Shown: one piece after another, positions 32,111 to 45,150 of the stretch | How the letters are laid out: every line of letters begins with the position of its first letter | Position numbering within the stretch: the first letter of the stretch is position 1 | Assembly (NCBI RefSeq): GCF_009914755.1 | Contig: NC_060937.1 | Origin: the human T2T-CHM13v2.0 reference genome, Homo sapiens | Strand: one strand, 5' to 3' | Length of the DNA stretch: 64,000 nt | The notes under the pieces: generated by a model | The model's input: only the letters and a program-made list of their open reading frames with translations | Databases searched by the model: none | Told to the model about the DNA's origin: nothing | Program-made: the position numbers and the translations under genes

Positions 32111-33287
32111 AACTCGAATATACCAAAATTATCCCCAGACACCATATCATTGATTTTTCTACTGCAGCACATTCATAATATATTATCAAAAATAATACAA
32201 TTTTTAAAATATTTTAAAATTATTTTTAATATAATTAAAAAATTTTTTTCATCTTTTGTTAGATGATCATATAGAGCTCTGTCTCCTTTTTTTCCTGTTA
32301 TATAATGAATTCCATTGATAAGCTCACTAATATCAATTACACTGATATGTATAAATTATTTTTTGGCCTGTAAGAATAAATTTATAAGAGAGTAAGGTAG
32401 TTACCTTTTGTTCTCTTTCCTCATAAAGAAGAACACACATTGCAAACTCAAACTCTTTTGTTGTTCTTACTGTATCATTGCCCAGAATATTCTGCCTGTC
32501 TTTAGAGGCTAATACATTGATTAGTGAATTCCAATGGGCAGAATCGTGATGCATTAAAGAGATGCTAATATTTTCACTGCTCCTCAATTTCCCTGTTTCC
32601 AGGTTTGTTGTCCCAAAATAGTGACCATTTCATATGTATATATATTTTTCCCCTGCTGTATCTTAGCCATTTTTCCTCTGCCATCATTTCCCCACATTAA
32701 TATTATGCGTAGCTATTGGCAAGCTCTGAGCTAACATACTAGGCTCAGGGGTCAGAGACCAGGCTTCTTAAGACAATGTGCCTCTCTAAGTGAGGGCAAA
32801 TGTGTCTTCCTTCCTGTATACTTTACTACTGAAGATGTACACAAGATCAGCCTTTTCATTTATTGCAGTGGTATCAATATATCTTTAGTTTGTGGAGCTA
32901 AAAATGCAAGGATTCAATGAATGAAAATGAGTTTTCCCACTGGTTAATGGCCAACTCACTTAATCCAGAAAAGTTCTGAAATTGATTGAGGAAAGGGAGC
33001 AAAGGAAAAGGGGACCAAAGGTTTTCAAAGCCCTTAAAAATCATGTTTTGTTTGATTTGGTTTGGTTTGTTTCATCTGAATCACTTACATTTTGTGGGTC
33101 AATTTGGAATCAAATGAGTATATTTGCAAGGCAAAGCATTTTGGATCAAAGTTTTTTGAGCAGAGTCTGAACAACTTAATGTGACAAAAGTAATTTTACA
33201 AACAAGTCTGTGCTATTGGGAAAAATAATTTTATTCCAGTAAGGCTCATCTCAGAAGAGGTAAATATAGGCAGGTCCTGTGACTTTA

Positions 33288-33683
<396 letters not shown>

Positions 33684-35600
33684 CCTTTTTTTTTTTTTAA
33701 AGCAGAGTACTATACATGACTTTGGGGATATATAAAGTTTAAGACATTGATCAGTAGCACCATGGAGCTTGGCCTACTCCACATTGTTTCCTCTGTGTCT
33801 TGTTTGAACAGCATTCAAGGCCAGGAAGAAATTGTTGAAAAAGTGACTGCTTTCATTATCGTGGCATTGCCAGAATCTCCTGTAGTCATTCTCCCAGCCC
33901 ATGTTTTCAAACTGACTCCGACATTCACCCAGATTATAATTGTGGATTGCAGAAACTGACAGTTTGTGGGTAAATCAACATCACAGTAGGGCTGGTCTCT
34001 TCAGTGAACAGATAATATGGACTAGAGATTTCATAGCATGAGATTGATTTTATCATACAACTAGGCTGAGACAGAGAGAAGAAATCATTGTAATTATTAT
34101 AAACCCAAGGGCAAAGTGATAAATTAAAAATAGTTTGCTTGTAACATTTTGTCAGTTGAACTTAAGATTGCACAGAGACAGGGTGAAGAATGAAAGAGTT
34201 TAAAAAGAAGTTTTTCATTTTTTTAGTCAGAACTGGAACTGTGTTTAGAATGAAAGAAAAGCAAAAAAAGCCATGTTGATTTAGCTAGAGAAGAAAAGAG
34301 ATTTGCTTAGGAAAAGTGAAGGTCTTAAATAGAAATCTACAAAATAGGAAGGAAGAAAGATAACATGCCCGTATATAACTATTTTAAAAGTCAAACTAGC
34401 AAAGTTGAAGCTCCTTCCTTTTTTGATTAGGATTCAAAAAGATTTCTCATAGCAAGAGAAAGTCAAGATGTTAGCAAAATAAAATAAAAATAAAATTTGG
34501 AAGCCTTCCATAGGAAGGCTGTGAGACAGAAAAGTATATGGAATTATATACTCTAACAGTGTTCTTTATTCAAAAAATTTTGTTATTCATTAGGTAAGAT
34601 TTAGAAATATTTTAGAAATAAAGATTTGAGAATATCAGTATGAAATTCAAGTATTTGTTGATTTTCTTGATTAAAAAATAACATTAAGTCGAAAAGTAGG
34701 TCATTCTTGTGCTAGAAGAGAACATCAGACTACAAGCGGGGACTCGAAAGATGAGATGCTAAAGTTAAAGCATGAAAACAATAAATTATATCCAGCTGTT
34801 TGGAATTCTGGACAGGTAGTTGATTACCTTTTAGCAGAATTACCCAAACTGTACCTCAGTTGTAGGCAAGGTATGTTTTGAAAAAGTTGAATGTTTTTTC
34901 ATACTCAGCATTCAAAAACTGTATCTCTCACTCCAAGAGACCTATAAGGCAGAATCAGCTAGAATATATCAGTAAAACAAACATCTGGACCCAAGCAAAG
35001 GTAAAGTTAATAGAAAGGTAATCCATCAATAGCAAATAGTGTTTTTCCTGCATCAGGCAGAGGAAGAATGGAACTAGAATTAAAAATAAACTACCTCTTC
35101 TTTTTTTTGTCATGGCCTACTTGAAAGGCATAGGAGACTAATAGAAAGTGTGAACCCAAAATAGATGAGACAGTTCTCAATCAATTTAGAAAGTTTATTT
35201 TGCCAAGGTTAAGGATGTGCCTGTGATACAGCCTCAGGAGGTCCTACCACAGGTACCCAAGTTGCTCAGAGCACAGCTTGGTTTTATACATTTCAGGGAG
35301 ACATGAGACATCAATCAATATGCATGAGATGTATATTGGAAAGGCGAGATAACTTGAAGCGTGAAAGGGGCTCCCAGGTAGATAAGAGATAGGTAGATAA
35401 GAGACAAATGGTTGCATTATTTTGAGTTTCTGTTTAGTCTTTCACTGAATATACAATTTACATGTGAGAGGAGGGTAGAGGAATAGTCAGGTATACCTTA
35501 GTCTGGCTTAGTGAAACAACAGGGCAGAGGAAGCAATCAGATATGAATTTGTCTCATGTGAGCAGAGAATTTGAGTCCTGTCTGTCCTTTGTCCACAAGG

Positions 35601-37850
35601 TAATATGGTTTGGCTCTGTGTCCCCACCCAAATCTCATCTTGAATTGTACTCCCGTAATTCCCACGTGTTGTGGGAGAAACCCAGTGGGAGATAATTGGA
35701 GTCATGGGGGCGGTTTCCCCCATAATGTTCTCTTGGTAGTGAAAAAGTCCCACGAGATCTGATGGTTTTTTCAGGGGTTTCTGCTTTTGCCTCTTCCTCA
35801 TTTTACCTTGCCACCACCAAGTAAGAAGTGCCTCTCACCTTCCACCATGATTCTGAGGCTTCCCAAGCCATGTGGAACTGTGAGTCCAATTAAACCTCTT
35901 TTTCTTCCCACTCTTGGGTTTGTCTTTATCAGCAGCATGAAAATAGACTGAAACAGTATATTGGTACCAGTAGGGTGGGGTGTTGCTGAAAAGATACCCA
36001 AAAATGTGGAAGCGACTTTGGAGCTGGATATCAGGCAGAGCCTGGAACAGTTTGGAAGGCTCAGAAGAAGACAGAAAAATGTGGGAAAGTTTAGAACCAC
36101 CTAAAGACTTGTTGAATGGCTTTGATAAAAATGCCATAGTGATATGAACAATAAGGTCCAGGCTGAGGTGATCTCAGATGGAGACGAGGAATTTGTTGGG
36201 AACTCCTGTTTTGTTTTAACCGAGACTGGTGGCATTTTGCCCTTGCCCTAGAGATTTTTGGGACTTTGAACTTGAGAGAGATGATGTAGGGTATCCGGCA
36301 GAAGAAATTTCTAAGCAGAAAGCACTTAACATGTGACTCGGGTGCTGTTAAAAGCATTCCGTCTTAAAAGGGAAACAGAGCATAAAAGTTCAGAAAATAT
36401 GCAACCTGACAATACAGTAGAAAAGAAAAACCCATTTCTTAAAGAGAAATTCAAGCTGGCTGCAGAAATTTGCATAAGTAATAAGGAGCTGAATGTTAAT
36501 CCCCAAGAAAATGGGAAAAATGTCTCCTGGGCATGTCGTAGGTCTTCATGGCAGCCCTTCCCATCACAGACCCGGAAGCTTAGGGGGAAAAAATGGTTTC
36601 TTGGGCTGGGCCCATGGTCCCCATGCTGGGTGCAGCCCAGGGACTTGGTGCCCTGCATGCCAGCCACTCCAGTCATTGCTAAAAGGAATCAAGGTACAGG
36701 TTGGCCCATGGTTTTAGGGGGTACAAGCCACAAACTTTGGCAGCTTCCACGTGGTGTTGAGCCTGCGGGTGCACAGAAGTCAATAATTGAGGTTTGGGAA
36801 CCTCCACCTAAATTTCAGAAGATGTATGTAAACACCTGGATGCCCAAGCAAAAGTTTGCTGTGGGGGCAGGGCCCTCAGGGAGAACCTCTGCTAGGGCAG
36901 TGCAGAAGGGAAATGTGGGGTCAGAATCCTCACACAGAGTCCCTACTGGGGCATCACCTAGTGGAGCTGTGAGAAGAGGGCCACAGTCCTCCAGACCCCA
37001 GAATGGTAGATCCACTGACAGCTTGCACCTGGAAAAGCCACAGATACTCAACGCCAGCCTAAGAAAGCAACCAGGAGGGGGTGATACCCTGCAAAAATAC
37101 AGCGGTGGAGCTGCCCAAGGCTATGGGAACCTACTTCTTGCATCAGTGTGACCTGGATGTGAGACATGGAGTCAAAGAATATCATTTTGGAGCTACAGAA
37201 TTTGACTGCCCCGCTGGATTTCAACTAGCATGGGCTCTGTAACCCGTTTGTTTTGGTCAATTTCTCCCATTTAGAATGGGTGTATTTACCCAATACCTGT
37301 ATCCCCATTGTATCTAGGAAGTAACTAGCTTGCTCTTGATTTTATAGGCTCATAGCTGGAAGGGACTTGCCTTGTCTCAGATGAGACTTTGGACTGTAGA
37401 CTTTTGGGTTAATGCTGACATGAGTTAAGACTTTGGGGACTGTTGTGAAGGCATGATTGGTTTGAAATGTGAGGACATGAGATTTAGGGGAGCCGGGGTG
37501 GAATGATATGGTTCAGCTCTGTGTCCCCACCAAAATCTCATCTTGAATTGTATTCCCATGATTCCCACTGGGAGGGACCTGGTGGAAGATAATTTGAGTC
37601 ACGGGGGCGGTTTCCCCCATACTGTTCTCATTGTAGTGAAAAAGTCTCACGAGATCTTATGGCTTTATTAGGGGTTTCTCCTTTTGCATTTTCCTCATTT
37701 TCTCTTGCCGCCATCATGTAAGAAGTGCTTTCACCTCCTGCCATAATTTTGAGGGCTCCCAGCCATGTGGAACTGTAAATCCAATTAAATTTCTTTTTCT
37801 TCCCAATCTCGGGTATGTCTTTATCAGCAGCATGGAAATGGACTAATACA
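35601..37850 (+). mobile_element. Complete THE1A MaLR (LTR 35601-35955, internal 35956-37503, LTR 37504-37850)
   Basis: T[A/G]ATATGGTT..GCTCTGTGTCCCCACC LTR starts; THE1A-type 3' half; PBS-like TGGTACCAGTAGGG; PPT; TSD CAAG[G/A]. Confidence 0.92.
36333..37151 (+). pseudogene. THE1-int (MaLR) ORF remnant, 272 aa open
   Basis: KRETEHKSSENMQPDN..EKFKLAAEICISN..LPRGVEPAGAQK, typical of MaLR internal ORFs. Confidence 0.7.
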
Positions 37851-38046
37851 CAAGAAATTTCTTTATGGGAAAATTATGAGGGAAGTATATAGCTTTTTTT
37901 AATCTTTGTAGCTATCTTATTTAGGAATAAAATGGGAGGCGGGCTTGTTCCATGCTTGACTTTCATTTGGCTTCCTGATTTTGGGGTCCCAAGATTTATT
38001 TTCCTTTCACAAAACATATAATACACGCAAAGCAACAGTTTCCAGG

Positions 38047-39201
38047 TGTATTGGCTTCCTCTGACCACTGTAACAAAGTAACAAAATCCAGAGGCTCAAA
38101 CAACAGGTATTTACCCTCTCACAATTCTGGATGCTAGAAGTCAAAATTAAGGTGTCAGTAGGATCAGTTTCTTCTGAGGCTTGTAAGAAAGAATCTGTTC
38201 CATGCGTTTCTCCTAGCCCTGGTAGTCTCAGGCATTCCTTGGCTAGTGTGTTACTGGTGGTGAATACATATGGGTCTGTAGCAACCTCAATTCTTGCTTC
38301 CTCAGAAGAAAGAATTCAACTGAGTGGCATAAGGCAGAAGAGACTGAGGCAAGTTTTAGAGCAGAAGTGAAAGTTTATTAATAACCTTTAGGGCAGGAAT
38401 GAAAAGACAGTAAAGTACACTTGGAAGAGGGCCAAGTGGGCTTTTTGAAAGAGAAGCTCATAGTTTGATCTTTTGACTTGGGGTTTCATATGTTGGCCTG
38501 CTTTTAGGATCTTGCGTTACATCTCTCCTGATTCTTCACTTGGGGTGGGCTGTAGCAGGACAGTGGCCTGCTAGCACTTGGGAGGTGAGCATGCGCAGTG
38601 AGTTTACACCTGGAGCTGTACACATGCTCACTTGAGGCATTTTTCCCTTACCAGCCAAATGTCCCTCAGAGGTCATATACCAGTTAAACTCTGCCATTTT
38701 GCCTCTTAGTGCACATGTGTGAGCCCACTCACCAAACTCCTGAGATCTTACAGGAAAGCTACTGATCACCAGTTTCAGGTTTTCCCTATCCATAGGAAGA
38801 CTGTCTTTTTCTTGTGCTGGCTGAAACCAATTATTATTTTAGAGAGACAGTTACCAACCACCTGACCATTACCTGATGGTCGCCTGACATTCCTGGTTGT
38901 GGGGAACGGGGATGGGCCCTCTCCTATCATGTTCATGTCTGACTCGCTACCTGTAACAGGTAGATGAAATTTTTTCTGGGTCTATCCATCATCTTCCCTC
39001 TATTCATGTCTGGCTCTGTGTCTAAATGTTTCTTTATATTAGGACACCAGTAATATTGGTTTAGATCCTATGCTAATGGCCTAATCTTAGCTTCATTATT
39101 TGCAAATACCCTATTTCCAAATGAGGCCGCGTTCACAGGTACTGGAGGTTAGGGCTTCACCTTTTTTCAGGGTGTAGGGGAGACAATTCAAATCAGAAGC
39201 A
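38047..39201 (-). mobile_element. MLT1 (B/C-like) LTR split by MER50
   Basis: TGTATTGGCTTCCT...CTCACAATTCTGGATGCTAGAAGTC; resumes after 38958 with CCCTATTTCCAAATGAGG..CACAGGTACTGGAGGTTAGG. Confidence 0.75.
38249..38958 (-). mobile_element. MER50 solo LTR
   Basis: TGTTACTGGTGGTGAAT...GCAACCTCAATTCTTG..CCTCAGAAGAAAGAATTC; ends CTACCTGTAACA. Confidence 0.85.
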
Positions 39202-39242
39202 TTAGATAAACAATAAAGAATGTAATAGATAAGAATGTTTCT

Positions 39243-39310
39243 GGCCAGGCGCGGTGGCTCACGCTTGTAATCTGAGCACTTTGGGAGGCCGAGACGGGCG
39301 GATCACGAGG
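39243..39310 (+). mobile_element. 68-bp 5' fragment of a young Alu
   Basis: GGCCAGGCGCGGTGGCTCACGC...GGATCACGAGG, then unrelated sequence. Confidence 0.88.
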
Positions 39311-39596
39311 CACGTCTTTTGAACAACAATGAATTATCACTTTTTCTTGGAAACATTATTACAGAGGTCACATCAAGGTTAATTTTTTGTATAATAAAAC
39401 TGTTCCTTTAGAATTGGTGAAATGTGAGACATGAGGAACTTGAAGATGGTTTAATTCAGCTTTTGAAGTGTTTTTCTTAGAAAGACAACTGCAGAGGAAA
39501 GTACCCAGACATCTCTCAGGCACCCAAATAAGATCTTTGTGACTGGTTAAGAAGCAAGTTTTAATTAAGCTATGCACCTTTATAATAACTATTAGA

Positions 39597-39990
39597 TGTA
39601 TTAGTCAACCGCTGTTACAACAAGGTTTCATAATGAATTATCACGAGATAATTATCACAAAGCTCAGTGGCCTCCAATAAGCATTTATTTTCCTTGCTCA
39701 AGAGTCTGCATTTCAACTGGTACAGTTCTATGTCAGGCAACATATCAGCTGTATTTGGCTCTAATCTTTGGGTTAGATTCATGTCTACTCTTCATGTCTC
39801 CCCATTCTTGCTCTAGCTGCTATCTGGCAAATTTTCTTTTGGCAAATCTTGTGAGCACCAGAGAACAATATAAGCCAAATAAGCATGTTTAAGCCTCAGC
39901 TCTCAACACATCTGCTCACCTTCACTGGCTGAAACTATTTATATGATCAAGCTTAAATTCAGTGGAGCAGAGGTATGAACTTTCTGCAAA
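39597..39990 (-). mobile_element. Old MLT1 (I/J/K-like) LTR
   Basis: TGTATTAGTCA..., CTCAGTGGCCTCCAATAAGCATTTATT, ACATCTGCTCAC..CACTGGC. Confidence 0.5.
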
Positions 39991-40053
39991 TGTCACTATC
40001 ACAACATTATGGAACTCCATCTTAAAAAAAAGTTTTATTTATGCCTAACATCA

Positions 40054-40835
40054 TTCTCTTGATGATTCTCAAAACAATAATCTCAGACCTATTTCTCACA
40101 AATCCATATGTTTCTCTACATATTATTGGTTATTTAAAATTATGTATTTAATAATTTCTTTTACAATCTTTAAAACTCTATTATCTAGAAGTGAATTATC
40201 ACTGTTTTACTAGTGAGAATACCACCATTTTACAGTTCACATGGGCTCACACTCCATGCTTTTGAGTTCTACATTCTATGATCAAAATGATCTGATTTGT
40301 TTTCCCAAATGTCTCTTCTATTGTACCTTTTTGTTCATCCTATTCCTTCGTATCTGAATAACCTTCCCATTATTTCAGATCCTCTGCTCATAAGAATTCC
40401 ATCTACTGAACAAACATTCCAATAAAAAATGGTATTTTCCTCTTTTTCTGGACTCTCACTACACGATTTTAATATTTTTACTTCACTGATAATACTTCAC
40501 CTTGAAGCATAATACAAGAAAGTTAATTGGGTTTGGGTTTTAGGCCAATAATAACAACAATAAATAAGAATTATACACATGCAAGACACAAATTTTACTG
40601 AATAAAGTATTATTCATCAAATTCTTATTATAAGGTGTACAATATTGAAATAGCTCAGTTTAACAGAGAGGATTTACTATAAGAATTCTAAATATTAGAA
40701 AACTAGTTTACATTTCCATCAACAGTGTAAAAGCGTTCTCTTTATGATTCTCAAAACAATAATCTCAGACCTATTTCTCAAAACTCCATGTTTCTCTACA
40801 TATTATTTGTTATTTAAAATTATGTATTTAATAAT
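40054..40835 (+). repeat. About 100-bp dispersed direct repeat (40054-40155 and 40736-40835)
   Basis: ATGATTCTCAAAACAATAATCTCAGACCTATTTCTCA...TATTTAAAATTATGTATTTAATAAT occurs twice. Confidence 0.95.
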
Positions 40836-42130
40836 CAATCGGCAGCATCTGTTCTTTCTTGACTTTTTAATGATTGCCATTCTGATTGGCATGAGATGGT
40901 ATCTCATTGTGGTTTTGATTTGCGTTTCTCTAATGATCAGTGATGTTGAATTTTTTTTCGTATGTACATTGGCCACATGAATATCTTCCTTTGAGAAGTG
41001 TCTGTTCATGCTCTTTGCCCACTTTTTATGATTCTTTTCTTGTAAATTTGTGTAAGTTACTTTTAGATTCTGGATATTAGACCATTGTCAGGTGGAATGC
41101 AAAAAATTTCCTCCCATTCTGTAGATTGCCTGTTCACTCTGATGATAATTACTTTTGCTGTGCCTAAGCTCTTTAATTAGATCCCATTTGCCAATTTTTG
41201 CTTTTGTTGCAATTGTTTTTGGTGATTCCAGCATGAAATCTTTGCCATGCCTATAACCCGAATGGTTTTGCCTAGATTTTCTTCTTAGGGTTTTCATAGT
41301 TTTGGGTTTTACATTTAAGTCTTTAATTCATCTTGAGTTAATTCTGGTATAAAGTGTGAGGAAGGGGCCCAGTTTCAATTTTCTGCACATGGCTAGCCAG
41401 TTCTCCCAGAACCATTTATTACTTAGGAAATCCTTTCCACATTGCTTGCTTTTGTCAGGTTTGCCAAAGATCAGATGTTTATAGATATTGAATATAAGTT
41501 AGTTCAACCATTGTGGAAGATGATGTGGTGATTCCTCAAAGATCTAGAACTAGAAATACCATTTGACCCAGCAATCCCATTTCTGGGTGTATACCCAAAG
41601 GAACATAAATCATTCTGTTACAAAGATATATGCACGTGTATGTTTATTGCAGAACCATTCAAAATAGCAAAGACATGGAATCAACCCAAATGCCCATAAA
41701 TGATAGACTAGATAAAGAAAATGTGATACATATACACCATGGAATACTATACAGCCATGAAAAAGAAAGATCATATCCTTTTTGGGGACATGGATGGAGC
41801 TGGAAGCCATTATCCTCAGCAAACTAGCACAGGAACAGAAAACCAAACACATGTTCTCACTTTCAACTGGGGACTGAACAATGAGAACACATGGACACAA
41901 GGAGGGGAACAGCACACACTGGGGCCTGTAAGGGGGTGGTTGTGGGGAGGGAGAGCATTACAAAGAATAGCTAATGCATGCTGGGCTTAACACCTGAGTG
42001 ATCGGTTCATAGGTGCAGCAAACCACCGTGGCACACACTTACCTATGTACCAAACCTGCACATCCTGCACATGTACCCCGGAACTTAAAATGAAAATAAA
42101 ATTAAAAAAAGAAAAGTTAAAAGTAAAAAA
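40701..42130. mobile_element. 5'-inverted L1PA (PA10-13-like): minus segment about 40701-41485, plus segment about 41490-42130
   Basis: Antisense ORF2 3' part followed by sense 3' end, 3'UTR (GCTAATGCATGCTGGGCTTAA) and A tail. Confidence 0.88.
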
Positions 42131-42752
42131 AGGAACTACTAAGTTAACACAGAAGCAGCAAATGCAAGAAGCAGCTATTATACCTAAAGCAGAGGTAAGA
42201 GGTTTTAAGTAAAAATTTAGAGCCCTGGAGCAAGGACCTTGTGGAGCTGAAACTCCTGCATTTGAAAAGGTGGTATTACTTGGCTGTACGTATGCCTCTG
42301 AGATGTGGGCGAGATTTTAAGGAGCTGGGAAAAAACCTCTGAAAAAAGGTCCTGATTACCTGGTGCTGATGCCTCTACAAAGGGTTATTATAAGACCTAG
42401 TCATGTGAGAGGTGGAAAAACCTCAGAGTGTAACAAACTGCTGGTATTCAGGTGAAAAAACGAGACTAGTAGCACTACAAGAGTAGGATGCAAAAACAGA
42501 AATAATTATCCAGAAGAAACTGATCCTTCTTTCAACCTTCTGACTTCTTTACCACACATCCTCTTGAAAGAGCCAAACAGGAAACAAGGTAGCACGGGAG
42601 AAAAATAGTTTGCAAGGTCATAAACCCTGACTCCCAAAGCCAGCTCTAGAATGGACATTTGCAGGTGAAGGGTCATTTTTACCCATCTATAGAAATTTTC
42701 AAACATGAAGAAAAGTGTGTTTTGTCTGATCTAACAAATATTTTTTAGAAAA

Positions 42753-42846
42753 TCTGTCACCCAGGCTGAAGTGCAGTGGTGCCATCTCGACTCACCGCAA
42801 GCTCTGCCTCCCGAGTTCACGCCATTCTCCTGCCTCAGCCTCCTGA
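42753..42846 (-). mobile_element. Tailless AluY right-arm fragment
   Basis: TCTGTCACCCAGGCTG...GCAAGCTC..TTCACGCCATTCTCCTGCCTCAGCCTCC. Confidence 0.85.
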
Positions 42847-44109
42847 AAACAGTTTTCATCACTGCAGATCTTTCTAAGCTCAACTATCAACATTAATAAA
42901 ATTAGTTATTAACATTGTTATTAAACAGTATAATAATTTACTTAGATTCAGGGTTTGTCTGTCAATATGTCAAGAAGTTGTAGAACCTGTTGAGCTATGA
43001 ATCCTCCAGGTTTTCTTAGTTTTCTAAAAAGCTATAAAGATAAACACATCACATTTATATTCAAAATTGTATATGGTACTGTTTTTAACTATAATAAAAA
43101 AAGAACTAGTACAAAAATTTAGAAACATTAATAGAAAGCTATATGTGTCATATCGGACTTAGACCCAGTTGGTCACAACTAAATAACCATATCCTAAAAA
43201 CGTGCCTTAAGCATAACAAATGTATGTCAGGTGGCATGTAGAAAACCTCTACCAAATAAATAATATAAAAATTTCATATAATTGATGATATACGTGAGGG
43301 GAAACTTCTGAAGCTAAATGCAAAATTTTTCCAGAGGGAAACTCTTTAACTCAGGTTGTCATGAATAGAATTTCATTTAAAAAGATTTAATATTAAATCA
43401 TTATAATATACTGGGAAATGATCTATCATGAATAAAGGTCACAAGACAGAGACAAAAGTAGCATTAGACCATCCAAGGCATCATGTTATCTAATTAGTGC
43501 ATAGAATTTCTAAAATAAATATGTATAAAATTAAAGATATAAAAGAATTAAAATATATAAAAGAATTAAAAGATAACAATACATTATAAACAAAGACAAA
43601 TTTTTAAAATGAAACAAATAAAAGGATGATGTTGAGAAAAATGCACATGAACTCAGAAACTTATAAGGAGCACATTTGACTCCACATTCAAATGTACGTC
43701 AGCTCTCTAATAATGATTAAGTCACAATGTAATTTTTTTGGTTTCATGTTGCTATTTTTCACACTAAGAAAATGTTACAATATGTTTGGACAAATATTTT
43801 CATTTTATCCACTGATCAAAATTATTTAATTCCAATATGAACCATATATTAATTAGCCTTTTTCTTTAACTGTTTCTTCAATTGTGAAAAAATCAGCAAA
43901 ATACGAATTATCTTAAAATATATAGATATAAACATTTTTATACTTTTAAGATTTCTGCACAAAATATTGAAAGGAATTAAGAGAGTGTATACATTAAGTT
44001 AGAAAATGAAGTATTAACAAACTTCAAACACTTGAGAATGGAAGAAATGTGTTATTTGAAACTATTAGCAAGTTAAGAGAGAGTTTCTTACCACAAACTG
44101 GAGTACAAG

Positions 44110-44590
44110 ATTAGACATTTGGAACTTTGCTCTCAATATTCACTCTTCTCTTTCTTTCTAGTAAAAGAACCCAGAGGTTGAGCTTGTCACTGAAACCTGG
44201 CTAAACCCTTGTATCATACAACCTCCCTAGCTGCTAGATGTGGCCAGGTGTCCCAGTTACCACTGCTGAGAAGGGAGTGTTCAGTGACCTTTTGTAGCTA
44301 TTATGGGACATCCTAAAAAGACGGGAGTGCCTCTGTCTTCTGTCATGCTGGCTGGAATATGGATACAATGACTAAACACCAGAAGCCATTCAGAATATAA
44401 CTTGACGTTGGGAAAAGAAGCTGTAGTCATGAGACTAAAGAAACAGGGAGCCTGCGTGCCTGACATGTCTTACCAGCCTCAATGTGTCATAACAGCAACA
44501 GCTGCCTAATTATTGATTTTGCATGGAATTTGTAGCTTATTTAAGTTCCCGTTTTGAGGTCTGTGTTACTTGTAAGAATCGTAATCCTAA
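44110..44590 (+). mobile_element. Old ERVL LTR (LTR33-like)
   Basis: CTAGTAAAAGAACCC...CCTCCCTAGCTGCTAGATGTGGCCAGGTG. Confidence 0.5.
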
Positions 44591-45027
44591 GAGTGACTGT
44601 ATGTATATTCTTAGGCTAAAATAAAACGAGAGGAAGAAATAGAAATGAAAATAATACACAGAAAACAGAAGTAATAAAAATCAGTAGCATCAGAAATACA
44701 GAAGTCATACAGAAAGGTGAAGGAAAAGCACTATTCATAAGAGAATAAAAATGTGGAGCAAGAAGAAACAGAAATAAAGTTCATTGGCTTAGAATCATCA
44801 CAATATTGAATATTTACTTAAGAAATTAACTGAAAGAATGAATATCATTTAGAATAGTCAATGAGGGTGTACAATATAGGAAGTTAACAGAGAATAAATA
44901 GAGAGCAATGAAGGAGTGTGGCCTAAATTCTATTTTGATTCATTCTATTAACTTTGTCATATTCACAGAACCTTAACTGTCTGTTTTTGTTAAAAAAAAA
45001 AAAAAAGGTGTTTAAATACCTCTTTCT

Positions 45028-45150
45028 TTTTCTTTTTCTTTTTTTTTTTTTTTCGAGACGGATCTCGCTCTGTCGCCCAGGCTGGACTGCAGTGGCGCGA
45101 TCTCGGCTCCCGGGTTCATGCCATTCTCCTGCCTCAGCCTCCGGAGTAGC
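45028..45150 (-). mobile_element. 5'-truncated young AluY with an internal 17-bp deletion
   Basis: T tail; CpG-rich; perfect 16-bp TSD TTAAATACCTCTTTCT at 45012-45027 and 45152-45167. Confidence 0.92.

Larger units (their letters stand above)
35149..38011 (-). mobile_element. MER4A solo LTR split by THE1A (pieces 35149-35600 and 37851-38011)
   Basis: TGTGAACCC...AATTTAGAAAGTTTATTTTGCCAAGG start; ends TTTATTTTCCTTTCACA; continuous across the insertion. Confidence 0.85.

Noticed and set aside
34502-34520. Hairpin AGCCTTCC-ATA-GGAAGGCT
   Set aside because: An 8-bp stem is expected by chance in 64 kb.
35377-35405. 15-bp tandem AGGTAGATAAGAGA[T/C] in MER4A
   Set aside because: Ordinary slippage duplication within an LTR.
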